From: an uncultured bacterium
GTDB taxonomy: Bacteria; Auribacterota; Erginobacteria; Erginobacterales; Erginobacteraceae
Direction of reading: 5' to 3'
NCBI GenBank assembly: GCA_963822585.1
Contig: CAWGIE010000017.1
Coordinates: forward strand, 32,001-96,000
Length of the DNA stretch: 64,000 nt
Shown: in pieces, positions 1 to 9,255 of the stretch
Numbering within the stretch: the first letter of the stretch is position 1
Layout: each line of letters begins with the position of its first letter
Position numbers and translations under genes: made by a program
The notes under the pieces: generated by a model
What the model was told of the DNA's origin: nothing
Databases searched by the model: none
Seen by the model: the letters and a program-made list of their open reading frames with translations, nothing else

Positions 1-352
1 GCACGTTGACATGGCCGCTGACGGTTACCGAGCCCGAGAGAACGATGCGTTCATTACTGCCGGCATGCCCGGGCCCCATCTGACTGATATTGGAAGGAGG
101 CGGGGTGTAGACGGAAGGGTCGTAAGAATAACATCCACCGCTCCCGGAAAACTGAAATTTGCTCTTCCCGTAAACCCCGCTTCCGGGGGGGATATAGCCG
201 TTCCCACCGGTGCCGGCCGTCGGCAGGATCACCTTTTCGATAACTGTTCTCTCGGTGTTCGCCTTTCCGGGGTTGATGATTAAAAAAAAGACAGCCGACA
301 GAAAGATAGTTAAAATGACCACTGATCCCTTGATCCCCGATAGTGTTTTCAT
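1..352 (-). CDS. Secreted protein at the end of the minor-pilin operon (possible PilX/MshQ-like adhesin); 5' part only, runs off the window
   Basis: Manual translation from ATG 352 (RBS AGGAGGGAGAGG): MKTLSGIKGSVVILTIFLSAVFFLIINPGKA... signal-like N-terminus, open to base 1; absent from the ORF track. Confidence 0.7.
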   Translation of the reverse strand, partial: MKTLSGIKGSVVILTIFLSAVFFLIINPGKANTERTVIEKVILPTAGTGGNGYIPPGSGVYGKSKFQFSGSGGCYSYDPSVYTPPPSNISQMGPGHAGSNERIVLSGSVTVSGHVNV

Positions 353-411
353 CCTCTCCCTCCTTTGAAGTGAGTATTGCATTAGTATACAGATGCGCCG
401 TACCCTCTCAT

Positions 412-771
412 TCAGTCCACCTCGGCGGTTGCGGTGAAATTAATGAATTCACCCGGATTGTCCGGCCAGTACATGCGCAGATCGAATGTCCCGTCTCCCA
501 GGGGTTCATCGTCAAAGATATCCGCATCAGGCGCCCAGTCCGGAGTGACTCCCTCCTGATCGAATACGTATTTTTTCCCGATCTCCAGAGCGCCTTCCGT
601 GATATAGAAAGCCTTGGTTGAGTTGTATTGCGCTCCGGATATAATCTGCTCGGTAGAGATGATATTAACGAACGTATAGCCGACGATCCCGAGAATAATC
701 ATGATCGCGAGCAGCGCCAACAGTGCCAGACCCGCTTCATGGTTATTTTTTCTTGTTCTCTTAGTTTTCAT
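412..771 (-). CDS. PilX/MshP-like minor pilin
   Basis: EAG|LALLALLAIMIILGIVG...KAFYITEGALE, PilX N-terminal pattern lacking Glu5. Confidence 0.75.
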   Translation of the reverse strand: MKTKRTRKNNHEAGLALLALLAIMIILGIVGYTFVNIISTEQIISGAQYNSTKAFYITEGALEIGKKYVFDQEGVTPDWAPDADIFDDEPLGDGTFDLRMYWPDNPGEFINFTATAEVD

Positions 772-1286
772 TCAGGTTCATCCGGTATCCTTGGCCAGAC
801 CGCGGTCCTCAGGGGAAACTGATTCTCTCCGGCTTGGACAGCGAAATAGATGGTGACTACGTCATTGCCATCCATAGCGGCGGAAAAGGAATCATTTACC
901 ACATTATCAACCAGGGTGAAGTTTCCGGCAGCACTTTGCCTCACAATGGTGTTGGAATCCGCCGCCTGCAAGAAGGTAATGGCAAGATTAGGGTCCTGGG
1001 GAGTTCCGTGGCCGATGGACTTAACGACCTGGATTGAGCCGGTCCCGATGATTATGTTGCCGGGGCTGGCCTCCCGGATCTCTCTGACCATCTTCTCCAT
1101 CGCTATTTTCCCTTCCTGAAAATTCAGCAGGTAGTCCCGGGCTGAGAAGGTGTAAATCGAGACCGCCTGCATGATCCCCTGGAACGCGGCTCCGGCCAGG
1201 ATCGCCGTCAGGACAATAACCAATATGATCTCGATTAAAGAGTATCCCGACGGTGCGGTAGGCCGATTATCTGTATGGTCTTTCAT
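768..1286 (-). CDS. Prepilin-type protein, PilW/MshO-like
   Basis: G|YSLIEIILVIVL cleavage/methylation motif; later MEKMVREIREA helix; 4-bp overlap with the next gene. Confidence 0.85.
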   Translation of the reverse strand: MKDHTDNRPTAPSGYSLIEIILVIVLTAILAGAAFQGIMQAVSIYTFSARDYLLNFQEGKIAMEKMVREIREASPGNIIIGTGSIQVVKSIGHGTPQDPNLAITFLQAADSNTIVRQSAAGNFTLVDNVVNDSFSAAMDGNDVVTIYFAVQAGENQFPLRTAVWPRIPDEPE

Positions 1287-1290
1287 CGTT

Positions 1291-1743
1291 TTACTCAGCG
1301 TCCCAGTTCGTTTTGACGGTGACCAGTGACAGGGAAGGATCCGGATCTCGTTCCGGATCGCTGTAGGTTACGGTCAAGGTGATCAGTCTCACCCCATCGA
1401 CGACTTCACCGAAGTTCGCGGTATCGTCAAACGTGCAGGTGCTGGTGTAACCGGGGAAACCGTCGATGGCGGTGCTTGGCCAGGCGGCTACCGTGTCGAA
1501 ATCGAGACAGATGATCTTTTTCTCCATCTCTTCCTGTGCCAGGAAGGATAGAGTTGTCAGGACCAACGGCAGCTTTAATCCCCGGACCCCTTCGACAAAC
1601 GGGAGAATGAGAGCAGGCAGTATAATAGCCGCTACCAGGAGGATAATAACAATCTCGACCAGTGTGTGCCCGTGCTTATTTCCCGGTGGCAATGGGAAAT
1701 GGAGATGGGAACGTTTTTGCTCTCTTTTTGTCCTAGTTTTCAT
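1291..1743 (-). CDS. Prepilin-type protein, PilV/MshD-like
   Basis: G|HTLVEIVIILLV motif; FLAQEEMEK; C-terminal RLITLTVTY strand. Confidence 0.8.
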   Translation of the reverse strand: MKTRTKREQKRSHLHFPLPPGNKHGHTLVEIVIILLVAAIILPALILPFVEGVRGLKLPLVLTTLSFLAQEEMEKKIICLDFDTVAAWPSTAIDGFPGYTSTCTFDDTANFGEVVDGVRLITLTVTYSDPERDPDPSLSLVTVKTNWDAE

Positions 1744-1868
1744 TGCCTAATGTTAGTTATGTTTTTCAATAATGCGAAGAAATTATCTTAATGCGTGAAC
1801 GGTTGGACTCGAATTAATCATTTAATCGTTATCAATATATTTTTTCTTCAACAAAATATGCTGATAAT

Positions 1869-2282
1869 TCATTGGATAGTTGCCTTTCCCGTTACAGATG
1901 AGATTGCGATTGTCTCTGTGTTTGCTCCACAGGCTATATCAAAAACTCCAACACCGGCGGTAGGCTCGCCGAATGAATTATAGGTAATCGTGTGGGCGCC
2001 GGCCGTCGCTCCGCCGGGAAGCGTTTTTTCCGTTCCCATCATGTCATACGTATCATCTCCATTGAAGGTGATTGTTTTGGTGGAAGAGGTGTCAAAAAGA
2101 GCGGCCATCTGTGTTGCCCGGATATCAGTGATAGCCATCTCCGCCGCCAGGAGGGCCGAAAACCGATCGGTTGAGAGTAATCGGGGAATAGCAATAACGG
2201 CAAGGATGGAAATAATCAGAATGACGATGACCAGCTCCACCAGTGTGAAGCCGGCATATTTATCAGATGCCTGAGGCTTCAT
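1869..2282 (-). CDS. Prepilin-type protein, FimT/MshC-like
   Basis: G|FTLVELVIVILIISILAVIAIPRL; DIRATQMAA; ITYNSFGEP; RBS AGGAGG. Confidence 0.88.
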   Translation of the reverse strand: MKPQASDKYAGFTLVELVIVILIISILAVIAIPRLLSTDRFSALLAAEMAITDIRATQMAALFDTSSTKTITFNGDDTYDMMGTEKTLPGGATAGAHTITYNSFGEPTAGVGVFDIACGANTETIAISSVTGKATIQ

Positions 2283-2329
2283 AATAATTCCTCCTGGAAC
2301 GATTCATCCTGAATATGCTACCCCATCTA

Positions 2330-2358
2330 AATATAAAGCCAAATAATTGATTTGTCAA
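2330..2358 (-). promoter_or_regulatory. Putative sigma70 promoter of the pilin operon
   Basis: Minus strand TTGACA-17 bp-TATATT. Confidence 0.6.
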
Positions 2359-2390
2359 GCGCTTTTTACTGACAATCATCCTTCTCATTC

Positions 2391-2418
2391 TTGACATTGA
2401 CGCTGTTAACGTTATATT
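2391..2418 (+). promoter_or_regulatory. Putative sigma70 promoter of the NHL-repeat gene
   Basis: TTGACA-16 bp-TATATT, back to back with the pilin promoter. Confidence 0.5.
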
Positions 2419-2480
2419 TGAAGTAGGAAAGCACCGGTGGTTCACCTGAACGGATTTTTCTCAACATTTCGCGTAACAGC

Positions 2481-5255
2481 ATGCAAAACAAGAAATTAAT
2501 TAAGAGGGTATTTTTATTCCTGGCGGCATGGCTTTTACTGCCGCTTCCTTTCCTGGCGGCATTTGAAGACAACCAGCCCGCAAGTTATGTAATCGGACAG
2601 CCCGACATGTTCAGTAATGGACCGAACCAGGGATCGTATGATCCGATCTCGCCGCCGGACTCGAATACTCTCTATTGGCCTGGCGGTCTTCAGGTCTATG
2701 AGGGCAAGCTCTTCATAGCGGATTATCTCAACCACCGGGTGCTGATCTATGACCCGGTCCCTTCCTGGAACAATACTACAGCTATGGTGGTGATCGGGCA
2801 GCCGGACATGGTCAGCAACGGCCCTAATCAGGACCCGCTGGGCGAAGACCCCGATATCCCGTTCGCCAATACCCTCCATAAGCCGGATGATGTTCAGATA
2901 TTCGAAGGGAAACTCCTGATCCCCGATGCCGAGAATAACCGGTCGGTAGTATTCAATTCCATCCCGGTCGTCAACGACGCCTTCGCCGATGTGGTGATCG
3001 GCCAGCCCGGACTGAACGGATATTTGATGCCGAACCAGGGATCAGCGATTTCTGAGAATAATACCCAGCATAATCCCCGCCGCCTCTTTATTTCGGGAGG
3101 GCACCTGTTCTTTGCCGATCGGCAGAACAACCGGGTTCTGATCTATGACGGCATTCCCACTTTTAATAACGCCACCGCTTCGGTGGTGATCGGGCAGCCG
3201 GACTTCGTCAGTTCGGACGCCAACCAGGGGTTGTCGTTCCCGACCGCACAGACGCTCCGGGAGCCATCAGGTGTTTTCGTCAGCGGGCAAAAACTTTTCA
3301 TTACCGATACCGGTAATCACCGGATACTTGTATTCAATCAGATCCCCGATACGGATAACGCCGCCGCCGATGTAGCGCTTGGCCAGTATGATTTTTACTC
3401 GTATTCGGCGAATCAGGGTCTTGGTTTTCCCACCGCCTATACGCTGAATAACCCGTTCGGAAGTGTCTTCAGCGAGGGTACCCGTCTCTTCGTTACCGAT
3501 AACGATAACCACCGGGTTTTGATCTATAACAATATACCGACGGATATGTCGGGAGTGCCCTATGGCGCCGATGTCGTTCTCGGTCAGCCTGATATGTTCT
3601 CCAACCTGATCAATCAGGTCGATCCGGACCCCCCGCCGGAACCCCCATCTCACCCGTTGGCGCAGACAATGTACTGGCCGGACGGTCTCTATCTTGACGG
3701 CCACACCCTTTATGTCTCCGATACGCATAACAATAGAGTTCTGATCTTTGAAGAACCCACACCGACGTCGACCCCGGAGGGCTATAAAACTCCTTCCCCG
3801 ACGCCCTCCGTGACACCATCGCCGTCGGCAACGCCGACCCCGACTGTTACGCCGTCCGTCACTCCGTCGGTTACCCCAACCCCGACCGCGACAGCATCCG
3901 TTACTTCGACTCCAACCGTCGTCCCGTCCGTCACCCCGACTCCGGCCTATTGTCATCTCACTCTTGATATCGCCGACATTGAAGACCTGGTTCTCGGGCA
4001 GACGAGATCGACGGACGGCAGCGGTTGGAGGTGGCGGATCACCCGGGCGGAACTTCCGGCCACCGATGTGTTTGGAACCGTCTTCGACAACGCCGACGCT
4101 TTTTCCGACGGGAACGTCTATCCGTCCCAGTCGGCGGCTCTCCAAATAACCCGGATCAACGAGGACCTGGATATCCGGGAGGGTGATTTTATAACGGTTA
4201 CCTATGATAGCAGCCAGGTGATTAATGTCTATCCGCCTCCGCTCACCGGGAATATCGATACCTACTATTACATCGGTTCGGACGGGTCCACCTACAGCGA
4301 CCGCTGGCTCTGCGATCTGGCCAAGGCGGTGCCGACGCCGACCCCCAGCCCCACGGCGATCCCCTCCGCCACTCCGACGGCCAGTGTCACGCCGACCCCG
4401 ACCGTTACGCCATCCGTTAAGCCGACCAATCCGCCGCCCGTCACCCCCACGCCATCCGTTAAACCGACGCTTACGCCCACCGTCACCCCTTCGCCCACCT
4501 CGTCGCCCCCGGCCGGACATCGGGCCCGGGGGGATTACAACGGCGACGGGACATCGGATGTGGCTATTTACCGCGCTTCTCTCGGGCTCTGGGCGGTCCG
4601 GGGGGTGAGCCGGGTCTATTTCGGCGGGAGCAGTGACATCCCGGTCCCCCGCGACTATAACGGGAACGGCACCACCGATTACGGGATCTACCGGGCGACG
4701 GCCGGCCTCTGGGCGGTCCGGAGCGTTACCCGGAGCTATTTCGGCGGTGGCGATGACCAGCCGGTCCCCGCCGATTTTGACGGCGACGGGAAGAATGACA
4801 TCGCCGTCTTCCGGTCCGCCTCCGGCCTCTGGGCGATCCGGGGTGTCTCCAGGGCATATTTCGGAAGCGGCGCCGATTTGCCTCTCCCGGGCGATTACGC
4901 CGGGAGTGGGCGGGCTGCGATTACGATCTTCCGCCCGGGCGCGGGCCTTTGGGCGATACGGGGGGTGAGCCGGTTCTATTTCGGCGGCGGCGCCGACGAG
5001 CCGGTCTCCGGTAATTTCAACGGAGACGGTACCGAGGATCCCGGTATCTACCGTTCCGTCGTCGGTCTCTGGGCGCTCCGGGGCATCTCCCGGGTCTACT
5101 TCGGCGGGGTCTCCGACTTCCCGGTCCCGGCTGACTTCGGCGGAACGGGTAGGGACGGGATCGCCATTTTCAGACCTTCGACCGGTCTCTGGGCCATTGC
5201 CGGCGGCCTCAGGATATACTTCGGAGGAAGCACCGACCTGCCGGTTGTGGAATAA
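2481..5255 (+). CDS. Secreted NHL-repeat beta-propeller protein with Pro/Thr linkers and C-terminal FG-GAP/VCBS-like repeats
   Basis: Signal peptide; about 6 repeats of LFIADxxNHRVLIY...VVIGQPD; two PTPS-rich linkers; about 6 repeats of [13 protein letters not shown](F/Y)RxxxGLWAxRGVSRxYFG. Confidence 0.9.
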   Translation: MQNKKLIKRVFLFLAAWLLLPLPFLAAFEDNQPASYVIGQPDMFSNGPNQGSYDPISPPDSNTLYWPGGLQVYEGKLFIADYLNHRVLIYDPVPSWNNTTAMVVIGQPDMVSNGPNQDPLGEDPDIPFANTLHKPDDVQIFEGKLLIPDAENNRSVVFNSIPVVNDAFADVVIGQPGLNGYLMPNQGSAISENNTQHNPRRLFISGGHLFFADRQNNRVLIYDGIPTFNNATASVVIGQPDFVSSDANQGLSFPTAQTLREPSGVFVSGQKLFITDTGNHRILVFNQIPDTDNAAADVALGQYDFYSYSANQGLGFPTAYTLNNPFGSVFSEGTRLFVTDNDNHRVLIYNNIPTDMSGVPYGADVVLGQPDMFSNLINQVDPDPPPEPPSHPLAQTMYWPDGLYLDGHTLYVSDTHNNRVLIFEEPTPTSTPEGYKTPSPTPSVTPSPSATPTPTVTPSVTPSVTPTPTATASVTSTPTVVPSVTPTPAYCHLTLDIADIEDLVLGQTRSTDGSGWRWRITRAELPATDVFGTVFDNADAFSDGNVYPSQSAALQITRINEDLDIREGDFITVTYDSSQVINVYPPPLTGNIDTYYYIGSDGSTYSDRWLCDLAKAVPTPTPSPTAIPSATPTASVTPTPTVTPSVKPTNPPPVTPTPSVKPTLTPTVTPSPTSSPPAGHRARGDYNGDGTSDVAIYRASLGLWAVRGVSRVYFGGSSDIPVPRDYNGNGTTDYGIYRATAGLWAVRSVTRSYFGGGDDQPVPADFDGDGKNDIAVFRSASGLWAIRGVSRAYFGSGADLPLPGDYAGSGRAAITIFRPGAGLWAIRGVSRFYFGGGADEPVSGNFNGDGTEDPGIYRSVVGLWALRGISRVYFGGVSDFPVPADFGGTGRDGIAIFRPSTGLWAIAGGLRIYFGGSTDLPVVE

Positions 5256-5338
5256 CCGGGTTCCCTTTTGCGTTTTCCCCTCACCAAAACAGCCGCCCTG
5301 TGCATTGCGTTCACAATTGAATAATTGGGGTAATAATT

Positions 5339-6296
5339 GGGGTCGGACCAGAGTATCTGCTTGCATTGTAACGCGTTATCTATAAAATAGGCATCATATA
5401 AGGCCTTAGCGGCGTTTTTCGGGCCTATTTTCAGCTTCTAACGAGAGTTCCCTGAAGCCATGCCTAGAGCTAACCGTTACATGCTGCCCCGCCAGCTTTA
5501 CCATGTCACGCATCGTTGCCACGATCGGTCCTATCTTTTACGCTTTGTACGAGATCGCGATATATACCGAGAATGGTTGCGTAAAGGATCTATTCGCTAT
5601 GGCGTCTCAATTCTTGGCTATTGTCTAACTTCAAACCATATTCATCTGGTAGTCTATGCCGAACGAAAGGATGCAATAAGTCAACTGATGCAGCTTGTTG
5701 AAGGATGCGTAGCCCAGCAGTACAATCTTCGGAAGGAAAGAAAAGGTGCCTTCTGGGAGGATCGTTTCCACTGTACGCTCATCGACACCGGCAGGTATTT
5801 CTGGAATTGCCTGACCTATATTGATCTCAACATGGTAAGGGCCGGTGTGATCTTACACCCGAAAAATTGGGAGTGGTGTGGCTATCGGGAATTGATGGGG
5901 GTGAGAAAACGATACCGAATTCTCAATCTCCCGCTGCTGATAGAAAAGAGTGGTGCGGCTAACATCGAAGAGGTGCGAGATAAATATCACATGATGCTGA
6001 CACGTTATTTAAGTGAGGGCATCGCGGAGCGGGAACCTCAGTGGACAGAGAGCCTTGCTGTGGGGAGTAAGTCTTTTATAGATTCTATTAAGGAACGTTT
6101 TGCATCAATAAGAAACTCTCTTCTTGAGGAAGAGACATCTTCAAGATCCGGTTCTCTCTGGTCAATCAGGGAAGAGCGGGCGACATATTATCCTTAAAAG
6201 CTGTTTTGCCCCTTGAAAATCGCTTCTAACCGCCTAAATAGGGCTTAAAAATTGTTTTATTCATTGAGCATCAAGGAGTTATTATGGTCCGACCCC
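5339..6296 (+). mobile_element. Y1/HUH (RAYT-like) element bounded by 12-bp terminal inverted repeats
   Basis: GGGGTCGGACCA at 5339-5350 and its exact reverse complement at 6285-6296; visibly lower GC than flanks; encloses a single transposase ORF. Confidence 0.8.
5460..6197 (+). CDS. REP-associated/IS200-like tyrosine (Y1) transposase
   Basis: MPRANR...YHVTHRC, HUH motif SNHIHL, GAFWEDRF, catalytic Tyr region YIDLNMVRAG. Confidence 0.9.
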   Translation: MPRANRYMLPRQLYHVTHRCHDRSYLLRFVRDRDIYREWLRKGSIRYGVSILGYCLTSNHIHLVVYAERKDAISQLMQLVEGCVAQQYNLRKERKGAFWEDRFHCTLIDTGRYFWNCLTYIDLNMVRAGVILHPKNWEWCGYRELMGVRKRYRILNLPLLIEKSGAANIEEVRDKYHMMLTRYLSEGIAEREPQWTESLAVGSKSFIDSIKERFASIRNSLLEEETSSRSGSLWSIREERATYYP

Positions 6297-7547
6297 GACT
6301 AATCATAATGGCGGTGGCCTTGATGTTTAGCGCGGTTCTTCGCTCAGGCCGCGCCCACCCCCGTTCCCCCCGGCGATCTTTACCGGGGAGGATACCTGCT
6401 TTTCCAGAAGGCCGAACAGGCCTTTCAACAGGGAGAATTCGCTGAGGCCGCGGACCGTTACCGGCGCGCGGCCGATCATTTTACCGCCATCCGCGAGCAA
6501 TCTCCCGAATGGTCGGCGGAGTCGGTAGAAAGTCGGCTGGAGAGATGTCGCTCCCGGTTAGCCGAGTTGGAGTCGGCCCGGACCGAGGAGGAGTCATGGG
6601 GGAACCCTCTCCGGGTTCATTTTATCGACGTGGGGCAGGGGGACTGCGAGTTAATTCAGTGTCCCTCCGGGGAAACGATCCTTATCGACGGGGGACGGGT
6701 CTGGGTTTACTCCTTCCTGATCGATTATCTTCGCCGCGCCGGGGTGAAGAAGATCGATCTCCTGATCGTCACCCACCCTCACGGCGATCACTTCGGAGGC
6801 GTGATCGAGGTGCTGGACACTTTCCCGGTCACTACTCTTCTTGACTCGGGCAAGGAGGACACCACCGAGCATTACGCGCGGTACCTGCGGACGGTCAAAA
6901 GCCATGATGATATCCTCTTCCGTCTGGGGCGGGCCGGGGACAGGTTCTCCTTCGGTGAGGTGCAGCTCCTGATCCTGCACCCGTCTGACCGCCTTCTTGA
7001 ATCCCCCAACAACTGCTCGATCGTCGTCAAGCTGGTGTACGGGGATGAAAGCTTCCTCTTCACCGGGGATGCCGAAGAGGAGGCGGAGATGGAGATGATC
7101 AGCCGGGGGGCTAACCTGAAAAGCACGGTACTGAAAGTCGGACATCACGGTTCGCGCACTTCGACCGGTTCCTCTTTCCTGTCCCGGGTCGCTCCCCGGG
7201 AGGCGGTAATCGAAGTGGGTGAGAATAACAGCTACGGGCACCCGACTGAGCAGGTGCTCCGGCGCCTGGAAATGCGCGGGATCAAGATTTATCGGACCGA
7301 CCGCGACGGGACGGTCCTTTTTCTGAGCAATGGCCGGGAACACCGGGTGGAGTTCCCGGGAAAGGCCGTTTACCCTGAATACGATATCCCGGATGACCGT
7401 GTCGGTAAAGTAGCCGCCAACCGGCAGACCCTTATCTATTATCCCCCCCGTTCCGCCTACGCCCGGCGGATACCGCCGGAAGACCGGGAATATTTCGATA
7501 CCGCCACCGCCGCGGAAGCGGCCGGGTACCGGCGCTGGTGGTATTGA
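6284..7547 (+). CDS. Secreted ComEC/Rec2-type MBL-fold hydrolase with N-terminal helical domain and C-terminal Ada-like domain; apparent frameshift near 6340
   Basis: ORF 6567-7547 has FIDVGQGD, THPHGDH, FTGD, KVGHHGS, YGHP. Its frame stays open upstream (AQAAPTPVPPGDLYRGGYLLFQKAEQAF...). A signal-like MVRPRLIIMAVALMFSAVL starts at ATG 6284 (RBS AAGGAG) in another frame. Confidence 0.8.
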
Positions 7548-7568
7548 TATTTTTCCCGCGGAAAGATA

Positions 7569-8564
7569 TCATTGATCAGTTGCCGGTATCCCCTCTTCTT
7601 TCGTATCCGTTTTACCCTTCCCCGCGAATAATGATCTGGTGAATTTCCCGGTCCAGAAGAGGCCCAGAACCGCCGGGAAGAGATACTCGACCAGGGAAAA
7701 GATCAAGGCCGCCCCCAGGACGGCGCCGGCGGAAAGGCGGGTGAAGGCCGGTATCAGTTCGACCAAACTGCCCTCCCGGAGACCGATCCCCAGGAAGGTG
7801 ACCGGGATGGTGGAGAGCAGGATGGAGAAGGGGAGGATAACGACATAGACTACCGGCGTCATGATGAGCCCGAAAGAGCGGCTGATCAGGAAGAAGGTGA
7901 GGAGCTTCCCGCTCTGGATGATCAGCGAGTAAAAGAGGATCCCCCCCAGCTGCCCCCCGGTAAAGAAGCGGTGGATCGTGAAGAAAGTCTCCAATCCTCC
8001 CCGGAGTTTGGGGCCGGGGATTTTCGAGAAAAGGCGCCTCAGCCAGCGCTGGGGGGAGGGCCGGGTCGCGATCAGGATGATGATGACGGCCAGCGCCAGG
8101 CCGCCGGCGATGAAATAAATCAGTCCGTCCAGAGACACCCCGAAGATGATCCCCCCGACAACAATGAAAAGAAGAAAGACGAGGATGTTCAGGAAAAGTT
8201 CGATCAGGATTGATGCCGTCCCCCGGGAGAGGGAAAAGCCGCGACACCTCTTCAGGTAGATGACCCGGGAAGCCTCTCCGGTGCGGAAAGGGAGGAGGCT
8301 CTTCAACGGCGCGCTCCCCATCTTGATCAGGAAGGCTTCCCGGAAGGAGAGATCAAGTCCCAGGGGAACCAGAATTTTCTGCCACTTGATCGTGGCCAGC
8401 CAGCAATTGGTCAGAAAAGAAACCGCCAGGGCTAATAAGATGGGAAGCGGCCGGGCGTCGGCGACGGCGGCCAGGACCCGGACGGTATCGATCTTCCGGA
8501 AGATCAGGACCAGCAGGACCACGGTCACCGCGAGACTGATAATCCATAGCAGGTTCTTTTTCAC
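7569..8564 (-). CDS. Lysylphosphatidylglycerol synthase TM-domain (flippase-like) membrane protein
   Basis: Multi-TM; KWQKIL, LLPFRTGEASR, IPVTFLGIGLREG motifs. Confidence 0.85.
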   Translation of the reverse strand: MKKNLLWIISLAVTVVLLVLIFRKIDTVRVLAAVADARPLPILLALAVSFLTNCWLATIKWQKILVPLGLDLSFREAFLIKMGSAPLKSLLPFRTGEASRVIYLKRCRGFSLSRGTASILIELFLNILVFLLFIVVGGIIFGVSLDGLIYFIAGGLALAVIIILIATRPSPQRWLRRLFSKIPGPKLRGGLETFFTIHRFFTGGQLGGILFYSLIIQSGKLLTFFLISRSFGLIMTPVVYVVILPFSILLSTIPVTFLGIGLREGSLVELIPAFTRLSAGAVLGAALIFSLVEYLFPAVLGLFWTGKFTRSLFAGKGKTDTKEEGIPATDQ

Positions 8565-8648
8565 AGGACGATTTTTAAAAGACTGTTTTGACAGGACGAT
8601 TTTGGGACAAGACGATTATAAAAGACTGTTTTGACAAGACGTCAAAAA

Positions 8649-9012
8649 TTAATTATTACGAATGAGGGTCTTTAAAGTGATTTCGAGTTGATTAAAGTTA
8701 ATCCACTGGATTGCTTGAAGAGGTGTGTGTTGTAAGAAACGTCTGAGATGTTGTTCGTATGTGGCTTGTCCCTTTTTGATCGCGGAGAAATGAATCGCCA
8801 ATTCCGGGTTGAGGAGAGGCACTTTCTGTACACCGATACACTGATTATCGTCGATAATATCGATTCACCAGCGCATTCTGATATGTCTTTTCATCAAGAA
8901 GGCGCCCCATGTCGTTATGGAGATTAAAAATAATCCCCATCACCCTGTAGTCAAGAGAATGATATTCTGTTCTGCTGATCGGTATGGGTTCAACAGTGCA
9001 TTGAACAGACAT
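8649..9012 (-). pseudogene. GxxExxY protein remnant (N- and C-termini joined out of frame)
   Basis: MSVQC...DYRVMGIIFNLHNDMGRLLDEKTYQNAL then, in another frame, IGVQKVPLLNPELAIHFSAI...YEQHLRRFLQHTPLQAIQWINFN...stop 8649. Confidence 0.75.
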
Positions 9013-9032
9013 GTTTGCAACCTTATAGTTTA

Positions 9033-9255
9033 TTAAATCGTCATGTCCCAAAATTGTCCTGTCAATTGATATGATTGTTTTAAATCATCATGTCCCAAAA
9101 TCGTCCTGTCAATGGATATGATTGTTTTAAATCGTCATGTCCCAAAATCGTCCTGTCAATGGATATGATTGTTTTAAATCGTCATGTCCCAAAATCGTCC
9201 TGTCAATTGATATGATTGTTTTAAATCGTCATGTCCCAAAATCGTCCTGTCAATT
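9033..9255. repeat. Tandem repeat, 47-bp unit, about 4.7 copies
   Basis: TTAAATCGTCATGTCCCAAAATCGTCCTGTCAAT(T/G)GATATGATTGTT starting at 9033, 9080, 9127, 9174, 9221. Confidence 0.95.

Larger units (their letters stand above)
8565..9255. mobile_element. Inverted-repeat-flanked GxxExxY element, internally deleted
   Basis: Left arm TTGACAGGACGATTTTGGGACAAGACGAT (8588-8616) is the reverse complement (1 mismatch) of the core of the right-hand 47-bp tandem unit; GxxExxY remnant between them. Confidence 0.7.

Noticed and set aside
3755..4510. DNA-level repeats within the NHL gene
   Set aside because: Explained by Pro/Thr/Ser linker coding
3267..5366. 699-aa antisense ORF and similar long shadow ORFs (e.g. 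25609-26985, 39896-41305, 47485-48843, 59109-60740)
   Set aside because: They lie opposite well-supported genes in GC-rich DNA and show no recognisable motifs
9033..9255. Possible CRISPR array
   Set aside because: The units are contiguous near-identical 47-mers with no unique spacers, and no cas genes are present
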